Virus record (IMG/VR): IMGVR_UViG_3300029945_000001
Location: 144,375-208,374 of that record
DNA: 64,000 bases
Strand: one strand, 5' to 3'
Within the stretch, counting starts at the first letter, position 1. Every line of letters starts with the position of its first letter. This document shows, in pieces, positions 29,079 through 39,526 of this stretch. The notes beneath the pieces are model-generated. The model saw only the letters and a list, made by a program, of their open reading frames with translations, did no database searches and was not told the DNA's origin. The translations under genes and the position numbers were made by a program.

Positions 29079-30161
29079 TTAAACGAGTTCATTGATTGAA
29101 ACACCAGTATTGACCAATAATTTATTAACAGAATCATAAGCAAATGACAAGACACATATTCCTGTTAATGTAGGAATAGATCCTTGAGGAAAGAATATGT
29201 TTGTAGACCAATTAGGACTATAACCATTTGAGTAAATCATTAACTGATATGTAGCATTTGGAACAGGATTACAAAATGCTATATTGCAGTTTCCTACTAA
29301 TGTAACATTAGCACTCTGCCACATACTTAAATCCCAAGTTATATTTGATGAAAACTGTATAGGACCTCCGGCTGGAGCCTGTACGGCTTTCCAAGTGTTA
29401 GGTTTATCCAGTTTCGCAGTTTTTTCTAACTGACCATATATCTGTATTGCTGTTAAGTAATTACTTAGAGTACTGGACAATGTATTTGTTGATACATAAT
29501 TCTGTAATGCAGATGAAATAGAGTCATTCATAAAATCTGTTGTAGAATACTCACTTATTATTGAATCGAAAGACGATATTGATAAATATTCTTGCAAAGT
29601 AGACGCCAATATAATGGATGTTACATAGTCAGTAAGAGTTTCGGCTAAGACTACATTTGTTACATAATTATTTAAAGTATCTGTAAGATCGGCTGTTTTT
29701 ACATAGTTTCCAATAGTACTAAGAAATATATTAGTTGTGACAAATGTATCTGCCGTACCACTAATGGCTCCAGATAATTCATCATAGAGTGTTTGTAATG
29801 CAGCCGTTACCCATTTTGTATTTGCAGCATATAAACTATTATCTCCACTAGGAGGGGTAGGGACTTCAACACTGTTTTGAAAAATAGGATCTTTAATAGG
29901 AGCATATGATGAGACATCTCCCAATGCAATAAGGTCAGCAACAGTAATTATAACAGGAAGATCTCCGTATAGGGAAGTACCATCGCCTAATTTTATATTT
30001 CCATCTGATGAAATAACAACAAGACCATAAGGAATAGCAACATTAACATTTGACCATGTTTGATCACTACTTGCTATTCTTTGTATTAATCCATTAATAG
30101 GAATAACATTTGGTTCTGTCATAGAAAAATCCTTCCTTAATACAGGTAGAAAATTATTCAT
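29079..30161 (-). CDS. Tail fibre paralog (same N-terminal domain and DYVT repeats, different tip)
   Basis: DQTW..VAIPYGLVVIS..KLGDGTSLYGDLP; APIKDPIF..VEVPTPPSGDNS..ANTKWV; tip ITWDLSMWQSANVTLVGN. Confidence 0.8.
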   Translation of the reverse strand: MNNFLPVLRKDFSMTEPNVIPINGLIQRIASSDQTWSNVNVAIPYGLVVISSDGNIKLGDGTSLYGDLPVIITVADLIALGDVSSYAPIKDPIFQNSVEVPTPPSGDNSLYAANTKWVTAALQTLYDELSGAISGTADTFVTTNIFLSTIGNYVKTADLTDTLNNYVTNVVLAETLTDYVTSIILASTLQEYLSISSFDSIISEYSTTDFMNDSISSALQNYVSTNTLSSTLSNYLTAIQIYGQLEKTAKLDKPNTWKAVQAPAGGPIQFSSNITWDLSMWQSANVTLVGNCNIAFCNPVPNATYQLMIYSNGYSPNWSTNIFFPQGSIPTLTGICVLSFAYDSVNKLLVNTGVSINELV

Positions 30162-30245
30162 ACTATGGCTTAAAATACGTCATATATTTTATTATATAAC
30201 TTTTAACATCCTATAGTAATTTTCTCAAATTATGGAGTTATTTAT

Positions 30246-32012
30246 ATGCCATTTAGAGATACCAAAATAGAAGAATCAGTCATTCAAATATTTGATCCTG
30301 TTATTGAACAAGTCGTTCGAGGTATGCTTATTCGCTTAGGTTTGTATGAAAAGGTAAGAGATTATATTTCTATTACTACAGATTATAGATCTGCTTCTAA
30401 GACATCGGATGATTATCATAATGCATTATTAACAAGTGATCGCTGCGATGTTTCAGTCGAGTATAACTTAAATCCTTCAGATACAAAGTGGGAGAATTTA
30501 AAGTTTAAGCATGTCAATCCTGCTTATTATGCTATAAAAAATACTCAACATGGTATCTTCTATGATAAGTTTGCTGATATAAAGATTGTTGAAATAGATC
30601 TTCCTGCATCGATTCAGCTCAATTTTGCTATTACATATAAGAATACTCAAGATGCATATAGTGTTTTAAATACACTATATCTTTTAAATCCAAAAGATAC
30701 AACTTTTAACTTTACAGATGTTGTTTATCATTATCCCATTAATAGTGATTTACTTTATATATTAAATACGATTTACAATATGCTCGAGTTAGATCAGACA
30801 AAACTACCATTTGAAGATTACATTAATAAATTTTCTGACAACGCATTGACTAAATTAGTTTCTAGAGATGGAACACAGGAACAATATGTCATCAAAAGAA
30901 AGTTATTAAATATTTTAGGAACATTTGATATTCAACAGTCAAAACCAGAACCTAATAATCTAGAAGAATCCCTTGATTCATTTACTATTAATTTCACATA
31001 TACTTTTCAGTTCAATAATCCTATCTTATTAAGAGCATGTTTTCCAAGTGTTATAAATAATAAACTTATCCCGACATATATGATCCCACCATATAAAGAA
31101 ACATACTTTCCAGCATTGGCAGGAATCTATCAAGAGAAATGTATTAATAGTTTTTTGAATAATAATAAATCTTTACCAAATCCTGTATTACGAATTCCAA
31201 TCTGGAATGATTTTGTTGTCCCAGATTCTCTTTCCAAATTCTATAAATTTCAGCCATTTTTTATATCTGTTGTATTGTTAGATGATGGTGATGTGACTAA
31301 TATCCCATTACAAGAATTACCGGACGACTTAAAGTTTCATGATATTGTTATAGGATTAATGAAAGAACACGGTCCTGAAATTTTTGATAATACTGGCTTG
31401 TTAAATATATCTGTATATTGTAATGGTGTTCTTGTTGATAAAAGTAAATTGTCTATAGATAATGAGCTTAATCTACTTATTAATGTTTCGAATAGAAGAG
31501 CACAATATCAGCTCGTTGTATCAGAATGCACATCTTTTAATTTTATTTCACAAAAATGGATACCTTATTTAATAAGATACAAAAGTTTCTTTCCATTATT
31601 GATTTGTAGGAATCTTAATAGTATTTTGAAATTAGGTCATTTTAGATTAGTTCACAATGAAAGATTATTATCTATCATGAAGAATTTATTGAATAGTGGA
31701 GGAATGGATAATATCTTAAATGAATTCATTGAGAATGGAAAGTGTACAGAATCTATCTATGGCTATACGACTTCTGCCGAACAATTATTGGATTATATGA
31801 CATCTGTGGGTAATGATAAAGGATCTACTATTTTTGATACGTTCTTGTTATACTGTATGAATAATTGTATTTTAACAACAAGAGATATTGAACCACTAGA
31901 TATCATGAGTTCGCCTAATAAAAACTATTTAATTCGTGGTGTAAATACAATGAACTCTGGTTCTATTAATCTTCCATTGCGAGCTTTTAATACTAATATT
32001 TATATAGATTAA
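30246..32012 (+). CDS. Virion structural protein (phiKZ-like)
   Basis: 588-aa ORF at the head of a structural operon; no enzymatic motif. Confidence 0.5.
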   Translation: MPFRDTKIEESVIQIFDPVIEQVVRGMLIRLGLYEKVRDYISITTDYRSASKTSDDYHNALLTSDRCDVSVEYNLNPSDTKWENLKFKHVNPAYYAIKNTQHGIFYDKFADIKIVEIDLPASIQLNFAITYKNTQDAYSVLNTLYLLNPKDTTFNFTDVVYHYPINSDLLYILNTIYNMLELDQTKLPFEDYINKFSDNALTKLVSRDGTQEQYVIKRKLLNILGTFDIQQSKPEPNNLEESLDSFTINFTYTFQFNNPILLRACFPSVINNKLIPTYMIPPYKETYFPALAGIYQEKCINSFLNNNKSLPNPVLRIPIWNDFVVPDSLSKFYKFQPFFISVVLLDDGDVTNIPLQELPDDLKFHDIVIGLMKEHGPEIFDNTGLLNISVYCNGVLVDKSKLSIDNELNLLINVSNRRAQYQLVVSECTSFNFISQKWIPYLIRYKSFFPLLICRNLNSILKLGHFRLVHNERLLSIMKNLLNSGGMDNILNEFIENGKCTESIYGYTTSAEQLLDYMTSVGNDKGSTIFDTFLLYCMNNCILTTRDIEPLDIMSSPNKNYLIRGVNTMNSGSINLPLRAFNTNIYID

Positions 32013-32025
32013 AAAATCAAACTTC

Positions 32026-32052
32026 TGTAAGAGAGGCAAAACCTCTCTTACA
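32026..32052 (+). terminator. Hairpin between structural genes
   Basis: tgtaagagagg-caaaa-cctctcttaca. Confidence 0.55.
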
Positions 32053-32077
32053 AGAAAACAGATAGAAAGGTGAAAAT

Positions 32078-33406
32078 ATGCCACTTCCTACTGGAAAAGG
32101 TATCCCTCCGGTTATTACAGATGGATCACAATCTCCTGGACAAGATCCAGTTGTTGCATTAGATAAAGTAAAGTATGTAAAAGATACTTTTATTACAAGA
32201 ACTGCTATTGATCCAAAAACATATGCTGAAGAATATGGTAATTTATTAGGATATATTAAAGGATCGTATGTTATAGTTACATATTACAATAACGATACTG
32301 TATCAGATCTAAAATCTCAGACTATTGATCAGACAACAATTTCAAATACGATTCATGAATCATATACTAAAATTAATAAAATGGAATTGATCTTTTCAGA
32401 ACAACTTCAATTTAGTTATGATAAGGATAGAAATGTTTCTATTATCAGTGGTGTTGCTTTAGTATATCCTGGCATTGTCCCTATAAAAGGGGATTTATTT
32501 ATTATGACATTAAACGATGGTAAATCCGGTATTATGCATATTGGTTCGGTTGAACGTATTGGTTATAGACAAGGAGCGTTTCATAAAGTTACATTTACAC
32601 AGAGATATTACGCAGAAGATGATTCTTTTGCTAAAATAGAAGCAAGTGTTTCTAATACTGTAAATTTTGTAAAGTCTACATTTCTTGGAGATAGTACAAC
32701 ATTATTAAAAACAGATCAGTTTAATCAATTAAAAAGATTAGAAGCTATTAAAGATACAATTATTAAATATTATTATACTAGATATTTTAGATCTGATATT
32801 GGCAGTATCATGCATCCTTCACCAGAAAACTATTATGATCCTTATTTGGTTAATTTCTTAACAAGTAGAATAAGTATTAGACAGTCTATTAATAGAGCAA
32901 AACAATTATATCCATCATTACCGTATTATGAATTTTCTATATGGGATATGTTCAATGATAAATTTAATACCGATGTTACAATCCTTATGAATAATTTTTC
33001 TTTTTATCAGTTAACCCCAACATACTTTGATGCAAACATTACATCGCTTATTAATCAGAAATTTATTATTTTATCAAATCCGAATGATATCCAAACTCCA
33101 TTAACAGGATCTATTGATGGTGATGAACTGATCGGTTATTCGATGTATAAGAATTCAACTAAGATAAGTGAAGATTCTTATTATATCTTTAGTAAAGCTT
33201 TTTATGATGCAGAAATTGATAAGATGAACGATTTAGAGAAATTAGTTTATGATACAATTACTAATAAGTCTGTAACGGATATTACATCATTTTTAGATAT
33301 AGTTACAGTATATAACAAGCTATCGCTCAGTGATGGTTTTTATACCATTCCTATTTATATGTGGCTTATTGATATGGCTATTGCGACTCTAACTATAAAG
33401 GATTAA
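32078..33406 (+). CDS. Virion structural protein (phiKZ-like)
   Basis: LLGYIKGS...VTYY..; YPGIVPIKGDLF motif recalled from phiKZ-like structural proteins. Confidence 0.5.
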   Translation: MPLPTGKGIPPVITDGSQSPGQDPVVALDKVKYVKDTFITRTAIDPKTYAEEYGNLLGYIKGSYVIVTYYNNDTVSDLKSQTIDQTTISNTIHESYTKINKMELIFSEQLQFSYDKDRNVSIISGVALVYPGIVPIKGDLFIMTLNDGKSGIMHIGSVERIGYRQGAFHKVTFTQRYYAEDDSFAKIEASVSNTVNFVKSTFLGDSTTLLKTDQFNQLKRLEAIKDTIIKYYYTRYFRSDIGSIMHPSPENYYDPYLVNFLTSRISIRQSINRAKQLYPSLPYYEFSIWDMFNDKFNTDVTILMNNFSFYQLTPTYFDANITSLINQKFIILSNPNDIQTPLTGSIDGDELIGYSMYKNSTKISEDSYYIFSKAFYDAEIDKMNDLEKLVYDTITNKSVTDITSFLDIVTVYNKLSLSDGFYTIPIYMWLIDMAIATLTIKD

Positions 33407-33411
33407 TTATC

Positions 33412-34110
33412 ATGCAACGAAGCATGCCGCGTATTTATAATTCATTCACTGATCATATCAATATGGCATTATACGATTTAAGAGTTCCTAGTACAACAGC
33501 CAATGTACCACAAGCTGTTCTAGATGGTGATTTTTTAGCGATGCCATCTGTTCTAGATTCTTTCTTTTGTAACCACGATGAGATCGATGAAGCTGATGAA
33601 GAAACAGGATTATTGAGAACTGTATATGAAGATATTAGTGAGACTTTTTTTACAAGAAGAACAATTAACAATATGGTTCAATTTAATAAATCTAAAATAT
33701 TATTTACGATTGTGAACGATATGGATGTATTATACATTCTTCACAATATCGATGGTTATTTAAGAGAAATTAAAAATCTATTAAATGAAACAGAAGTCAG
33801 AGAGTATGTAAGAGATCTTATTTTTCTAAGAGAAAATATTGTTACATTGGCTAAGAGAGTTCTAAATATTCATAAAGACTGGAAAGAAAAATATATTAAA
33901 AATACTAATGCTGCTACTGCAATTGCTATGTTTTCTGGTGAAAATCCAGATGATATTATTTCTGCTATTTTTGCATGTCCTATTAATATTAAAGCACTGG
34001 AAGCTATGGATAAAAAGAAGAATATTATCCTAGAAAAAGATCCTACTATAAATGTCGACCCATTAGAAAATGACAAATCTTCATCAAGTAACTTTAGTTC
34101 ATATATTTAA
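33412..34110 (+). CDS. Probable virion structural protein
   Basis: 232 aa, tightly coupled in the operon. Confidence 0.45.
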   Translation: MQRSMPRIYNSFTDHINMALYDLRVPSTTANVPQAVLDGDFLAMPSVLDSFFCNHDEIDEADEETGLLRTVYEDISETFFTRRTINNMVQFNKSKILFTIVNDMDVLYILHNIDGYLREIKNLLNETEVREYVRDLIFLRENIVTLAKRVLNIHKDWKEKYIKNTNAATAIAMFSGENPDDIISAIFACPINIKALEAMDKKKNIILEKDPTINVDPLENDKSSSSNFSSYI

Positions 34111-34125
34111 AATGGAGTTGGATGT

Positions 34126-35478
34126 ATGTCTACAACATTAAGTCCGGCTATGCAGCTGGCTATGAATTCAGTTATTGCATCACAGAAAACAAATGAATTC
34201 ATTGTAGATTTTACAATTTTAAATGATGATGATGCTACTTATAAATACTCACCAGAAATTATTGATAAAATTGTTATTGGATGTAAATATATTGAAACTA
34301 TTACAGATGCTATCTATATTTACTTTAAAGTAGCTCCTACTGATTATATCAATCTTTATAAAAACCTATCTAATATTAGAATAAGTATGGTATTAACTTA
34401 TAAAGATCCCATTACTGGAGAAAAAGATTATACAAAAAATCCTATTAAGATATCTGGAATTGCTATGTTAAAGAACCCCAAAGACCTTTATAAAGAATAT
34501 AGCCCAGAACAATTACATCCTACAGATCAAGTTTCAAAAGTAGAATCTCATGTTAGTTTAAAAATACCTGTAGAACTACATGTTGTTAACTTTAATTTAT
34601 ATGCTATTAAGCAGATACAATTTCATACTACCTTTACAAAGACATATATAAATGATGCATTAGGTCATATTGCTAAAGCATTAAATATTTCAAATATGGA
34701 AATAAAACAGTCAGATAATACATACCAGTGGGAATATATTGTCATTCCTCCTGCTTATGATATTTCTAATATATTTACATTTCTTCAGAATAAATATGGT
34801 GTCTATAATAAAGGATGTTGTTGGTATTATACAAATGATGATGTTTTGTATGTATATCCATCATTTGAGACAAATCCTAATAATCAAAATATTGCAAAGA
34901 TTTATAATGTTCCAGATTCTGTTATTAAAGGTTCTAAAAATTATCACAAGATAACAAATGATGTTATTGAAATCGTTAGTAATAGTAAAGTTAGTCACGT
35001 CGATAAATCACAACATAGTGCCGAAAACGGCGCTACTAGTTACAGCTTTGTTAGACAATCTTCTATATTAGATAATTTTGTTAATAATGATAGTGGTCAA
35101 TCTTCTGCTAGTGTTAATAATACATTGACTGTAGCTACTGCTAAAAATAGAACTCTCTCATCCATCAATAATAATAATGATAAATTTATTCAAAACGCAT
35201 CAGACAACTTATGTATGTATAGTAGTAGAATAGCTGAAGGAGATTGTTCTATGATCTCCTGTGAATGGTTCCAATGTATTCCTCTTTATTTTAGACCAGG
35301 ACATCGAATAGAATATTACTTTGATAATAATGGAGCATTCTCAAAACAGACGGGTATATTAGATGGAGTTATTTACAAGATAGAACCTGTAAAAAGACAA
35401 TCGAGTGAACTTAGTTATTCTGCAAAAGCAAAGATGGTAATAAGAGCTTCGTCCGATATAACAGCATTGATATCGTAG
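34126..35478 (+). CDS. Probable baseplate hub-like virion protein
   Basis: LQNKYGVY..G..WYY...LYVYP and terminal FRPGHRIEY..G beta-barrel pattern typical of hub proteins. Confidence 0.45.
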   Translation: MSTTLSPAMQLAMNSVIASQKTNEFIVDFTILNDDDATYKYSPEIIDKIVIGCKYIETITDAIYIYFKVAPTDYINLYKNLSNIRISMVLTYKDPITGEKDYTKNPIKISGIAMLKNPKDLYKEYSPEQLHPTDQVSKVESHVSLKIPVELHVVNFNLYAIKQIQFHTTFTKTYINDALGHIAKALNISNMEIKQSDNTYQWEYIVIPPAYDISNIFTFLQNKYGVYNKGCCWYYTNDDVLYVYPSFETNPNNQNIAKIYNVPDSVIKGSKNYHKITNDVIEIVSNSKVSHVDKSQHSAENGATSYSFVRQSSILDNFVNNDSGQSSASVNNTLTVATAKNRTLSSINNNNDKFIQNASDNLCMYSSRIAEGDCSMISCEWFQCIPLYFRPGHRIEYYFDNNGAFSKQTGILDGVIYKIEPVKRQSSELSYSAKAKMVIRASSDITALIS

Positions 35479-35499
35479 AAATCGAGAAAGGGGGGTCTT

Positions 35500-35952
35500 A
35501 TGATGGACGATTTTATAGAATATTTAATTAATTGTATGCGACTAAATACAGTAGACAAAGCTGGTTATATTGATGATATTAATGAGATACTTACAACTAT
35601 TAATAAAAAATCACCGATCTATCAAACTTGTTTATTGTCTAAGAAAGATAAAGGTAAGAACATTTCAATGTATATCCTTGTTATAAATTATTGCATAGAT
35701 CCAAATATAGCATCTGTTTACATTATGAATAATAACTCTAACAGTTATAATTATGCCGAGTTGTACACAACAGTTCTTAATAATATCAATGATTATAAGA
35801 ATGCTAATATAGATACAAGTATACATTATTTTGTTGTTGTTGATAAGTTTAAGAATATTGAAGAATTTGTCGATACTATTCATATTCAAAATATGAATAA
35901 TCTCTTAGTACATAATGCATTATATCACAGAAAACACTTTATGGTACATTAA
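35500..35952 (+). CDS. Hypothetical protein
   Basis: RBS ggggg, 150 aa. Confidence 0.55.
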   Translation: MMDDFIEYLINCMRLNTVDKAGYIDDINEILTTINKKSPIYQTCLLSKKDKGKNISMYILVINYCIDPNIASVYIMNNNSNSYNYAELYTTVLNNINDYKNANIDTSIHYFVVVDKFKNIEEFVDTIHIQNMNNLLVHNALYHRKHFMVH

Positions 35953-36383
35953 TGGCTATCTTTGATACATTTGATATTCTTGGTGATGTTCTTTCTAAAG
36001 ATAAATTTAATTATTATACATTTAATTTTGGTAGAATTATTGATAAAAAATATAGTATTGAAAACTTAAAAGTTATCAGACCTATAGCATCGGACAAATA
36101 TGATATCATAGTTTTAACATTAGAAACTGTAGAAAAATTTATATTAGTCGTAACAGTAAATAGATCTATTAGTGATTTTAAATATGATGTATCAGAAGTA
36201 ACGAAATCTATTTATAGTTTTGTTAATGATTACAACACTGATAATGATTACGTATTTGTTTATAATGCTGAAACAAATAACTTTAATAAATCAATAGGCG
36301 ACCTTTATTTTTCATTAGAACAATATGACAATTGGTTAAAACAAATGATAGATACTGTGAAGAGATTTACTATCTCTATTTAG
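35952..36383 (+). CDS. Hypothetical protein
   Basis: TAATG coupling, 143 aa. Confidence 0.6.
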   Translation: MAIFDTFDILGDVLSKDKFNYYTFNFGRIIDKKYSIENLKVIRPIASDKYDIIVLTLETVEKFILVVTVNRSISDFKYDVSEVTKSIYSFVNDYNTDNDYVFVYNAETNNFNKSIGDLYFSLEQYDNWLKQMIDTVKRFTISI

Positions 36384-36384
36384 C

Positions 36385-36418
36385 GTATGAAGGGATGGCC
36401 TAGGCCATCCCTTCATAC
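36385..36418. terminator. Perfect 34-bp palindrome, bidirectional terminator
   Basis: gtatgaagggatggcct|aggccatcccttcatac. Confidence 0.75.
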
Positions 36419-37582
36419 ATCTTGATCTTTCATCAATGTAAATATATTGAATGTTAATTCATGTTCTATCAATTTTCGTGTATTCTCTATTTTACAATTT
36501 GACCAGAACTTATTACCTATGAGAATAGGGATATCTCTATTCATAGCCTTCATTAAATTCTGGCTATGTACAGTATCCCGTTGTAGAAAATATGTATACA
36601 TAATGATCTCTAAGTATCTATAGTCTCTTAAGAATTCCATCCAATTATATTGTCTTAAGTTTTTAATATAACAATATTTTAAAATATGTTTTATATAAGA
36701 TACAAAATCTCTATCTCCTAGTCTTAAACTATTAAGAAACATATCGCTTCTTAATGATTTCTCTTTTACTAATTTTATATTTGTAACCATTTCTTCTATA
36801 AATAAATTATATTCACTTCCTCTAAATCCAAAGAATTGATCTTTTGCAACTTCTTTTGTATAATCATAATTATCATTGAAATAAGCATCTCTTAGTAATG
36901 ACTGGTACTGATTTATCAACCAGTTATTCATGAGATCATCTAACATAAAACATAATACATATCTGTGAATATAATTAGAAACATTGTCATCTGTTTTCTG
37001 TAGATTAAAGGTCTTTAAATAATTAACAAACTGTAGACCTAAAGCAACAACATCAATACCAATAACAATATGAGAAGGACATTGTTCTTTGAATATTATC
37101 TTATCTAGATAAGTATTAAAAGTTAACTCATTACTCTTTATATCCATTATACGAACGGGACGAATATGTTTCCACATATCCCATCCTTGTTCAAATGGTA
37201 ATGTTTGTAAAGGATCTGTACTTTCGATTGGAATAATGTATTCATTACATCTACCTTTGTCAGAACTCACAAAACTATTTATTCTAATAGTATTTGTTTC
37301 ATTCATATCAAATATACTTTCTAATTGATCTTTGTCATTTAACATAACATCAAAGTATCTAGAAACATCAGTTTTTCTTTTAAGTACCATATTCTCTACA
37401 TCCATATCTAACAAGATTTTCTTTATAAGTTTAATAGCACCACTTTCAAAACTATTAGAATATAAAAACCTTTTATAAATAAGATTCTTTCTTACATTTA
37501 AACTATTTATATACATATTTGTTTTTGGAAATACTTTTCCATTTAAATGTGGTAAATATGTTTGCATAGATCGAAATAACAT
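36413..37582 (-). CDS. Probable virion structural protein (phiKZ-like)
   Basis: 389 aa; RBS agagga; preceded by the ATTATATGA late-type motif. Confidence 0.5.
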   Translation of the reverse strand: MLFRSMQTYLPHLNGKVFPKTNMYINSLNVRKNLIYKRFLYSNSFESGAIKLIKKILLDMDVENMVLKRKTDVSRYFDVMLNDKDQLESIFDMNETNTIRINSFVSSDKGRCNEYIIPIESTDPLQTLPFEQGWDMWKHIRPVRIMDIKSNELTFNTYLDKIIFKEQCPSHIVIGIDVVALGLQFVNYLKTFNLQKTDDNVSNYIHRYVLCFMLDDLMNNWLINQYQSLLRDAYFNDNYDYTKEVAKDQFFGFRGSEYNLFIEEMVTNIKLVKEKSLRSDMFLNSLRLGDRDFVSYIKHILKYCYIKNLRQYNWMEFLRDYRYLEIIMYTYFLQRDTVHSQNLMKAMNRDIPILIGNKFWSNCKIENTRKLIEHELTFNIFTLMKDQDV

Positions 37583-37601
37583 AAACCATTTCCTCTCTAA
37601 A

Positions 37602-37621
37602 AGAGTTAATCATATAATAGA
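37602..37621 (-). promoter_or_regulatory. 20-bp putative late promoter, identical to 60597-60616
   Basis: Minus strand tctattatatgattaactct. Confidence 0.6.
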
Positions 37622-37814
37622 TTTTTAAATGATACTTTTATTGTAAAAAAATAAATGTGAATATAATATTGTGTAGAGACTTCGCCGAGAAATCGGTGAT
37701 TTCTTAGAGGGATATATATGTCGCATTTTTCAAACGAAATGTGAACATATATTATTTATTTGGTTATAACCATGTTCCTTGTCGACGAGGAACACAAGTA
37801 AAAGGGACTAAAAA

Positions 37815-39401
37815 ATGTCTAGTGTTTCCGGTTTTGGTACTCAGGAAAGCGATTCTCCCAAGGCTCCGCAGGGCGAAAAGCAGGCTCCTGGTTTCAGCAA
37901 TTCTCAGCAGGAAAAGAAGCGTTCTCTCCTGCACAGTTCATTGTCCGAATTTGACAGCTTCTCGACGCAGTCCCCGCAGCTATCGAAGTTCGTCGAGCGT
38001 ATGGAAAAGGAAATCCCCGGCGCCAAGGTCGTTCGCATCCCTGAGCCGTCCAACACTCTGGCGGTGATGGTCGACAACATGTTCTATGTTCTGCTGTTCC
38101 CCGACATGGGCGTTCAGTTCGGAACTCTTGAATTCAAGCGCAAGGCGTTCATCGCTTATTTCCCGAGCGTTCGCAAGCGCCTCGAAGCTGATTTCGCGAA
38201 TTGCACCATCATTCAGAATGCCATCGTCATTCCCGAAGACTACCAGAACGAAACTCGCGTCGGCGCCATCATCGCCCATCTGCGGTCTACGTTCTCGGCG
38301 AACAAGCCTGGCAATCTGGATGTCTACGGGTCGATCAGCTTCTTCAAGGGTTCGACCTTGACGATCTCGACGTCGTTGGCTGAAGTCCACAACTACTACG
38401 ATCGCCATTGGCCGTTCGTGACCAAGCCGCGTTTCGACTACGGCATCGTTGTCAGCTCTCCTGTTCGTGACGAACTGTCGGTCTCCAACAACGAACCGAC
38501 GGAACCGAAACAGCTGTTCGTCGTCGGCGGCTACACCAGCTTCGTTCGGACCAATCCTCCGAACAACTCATTGGCTCGCGAAAAGCTTCCGCATGTTCTG
38601 GCTCCGATCGTGCACATTTCTTCTGTGTTCTCGATCATGCCGATCAATGCCTTCGCTCCTCTCGCCATCGGCCTGGGTGGGTCGAAGTTCCTCTATGATG
38701 GTCTGTGGCTGTCGCCTTATACTTCATTCGAAAGCGGAAAGCCGAACCTCGGCCGCCTGATGCCGGATGTTCTGGACAACAGCCGCAATGAACTGATGTC
38801 GTGCGACAACATGGACGACGTTAAGCAGTTCGTCCAGATCGCCTGCTTGACTCCTGTTCTGGCTATCGATAACATCCCTGGCGTTCCGACGCTGTCCATG
38901 CTCAAGCTGTTCATGGACGATGGCAACAACAAGCGGGTCATCGATGCCTTCAGTGACTTTATGGGCAAGCCGTATGATGGCAATAGCGACATCTTTTCGG
39001 TCGCTTCGACGGTCATCACCGGCATCGTCAACTACCCTGACAGCCCGACCGATAGTCGCGTCGTCGACTATATGTCACTGGTCAGCGGTAAGGGATATCC
39101 TGCTGAGGAAATCTCGAACCTGCTGGACGTCTATGAGAACCAGCATTACCAGGCTTCGATTGTCGCCAAGCATTCGAAGTTCATTCCGCTGTCGTACAAC
39201 ATTGTCAGCATCCTGAAGCCGTCTTTTGTGCAGGCCCTGGTCAATGCTATCAACAACGGCGTGACCATCAAGCAGTCCAACAGCAATACCAGCAGCAGTA
39301 ACACCAACTGGCTGATCGATATGGCCAAGGGCTATAGCGAGGCTCGTCTGAGCATGGGTGCCAATACTGTCGAAGGTGGTCTCGGCGGCATGTACCTGTA
39401 A
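37815..39401 (+). CDS. chmA: Putative chimallin (major phage-nucleus shell protein)
   Basis: Immediately upstream of the nvRNAP beta-prime N-terminal subunit gene, as phiKZ gp54-gp55; strongest GC codon bias class; disordered N-terminus; own terminator. Assigned by synteny, not alignment. Confidence 0.72.
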   Translation: MSSVSGFGTQESDSPKAPQGEKQAPGFSNSQQEKKRSLLHSSLSEFDSFSTQSPQLSKFVERMEKEIPGAKVVRIPEPSNTLAVMVDNMFYVLLFPDMGVQFGTLEFKRKAFIAYFPSVRKRLEADFANCTIIQNAIVIPEDYQNETRVGAIIAHLRSTFSANKPGNLDVYGSISFFKGSTLTISTSLAEVHNYYDRHWPFVTKPRFDYGIVVSSPVRDELSVSNNEPTEPKQLFVVGGYTSFVRTNPPNNSLAREKLPHVLAPIVHISSVFSIMPINAFAPLAIGLGGSKFLYDGLWLSPYTSFESGKPNLGRLMPDVLDNSRNELMSCDNMDDVKQFVQIACLTPVLAIDNIPGVPTLSMLKLFMDDGNNKRVIDAFSDFMGKPYDGNSDIFSVASTVITGIVNYPDSPTDSRVVDYMSLVSGKGYPAEEISNLLDVYENQHYQASIVAKHSKFIPLSYNIVSILKPSFVQALVNAINNGVTIKQSNSNTSSSNTNWLIDMAKGYSEARLSMGANTVEGGLGGMYL

Positions 39402-39418
39402 GTTCGTTTCTGGAATGT

Positions 39419-39446
39419 ATGGTAGGGGTCGAAAGATCCCTACCAT
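39419..39446 (+). terminator. Intrinsic terminator after chimallin
   Basis: atggtaggggtc-gaaa-gatccctaccat followed by a T-rich run. Confidence 0.85.
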
Positions 39447-39509
39447 CATTTCTTTTATTTTTCTTAATTGAGGTTAATTATAAATTATGATATTATCTTT
39501 AGATAATAT

Positions 39510-39522
39510 ACATATATATTAC
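39510..39522 (+). promoter_or_regulatory. Putative early promoter ACATATATATTAC
   Basis: TATATTAC core upstream of the RNAP subunit gene. Confidence 0.65.
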
Positions 39523-39526
39523 ATTT

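Noticed and set aside
37741-39449. Alternative-frame and antisense ORFs within chimallin
   Set aside because: Artefacts of GC-rich codon bias.
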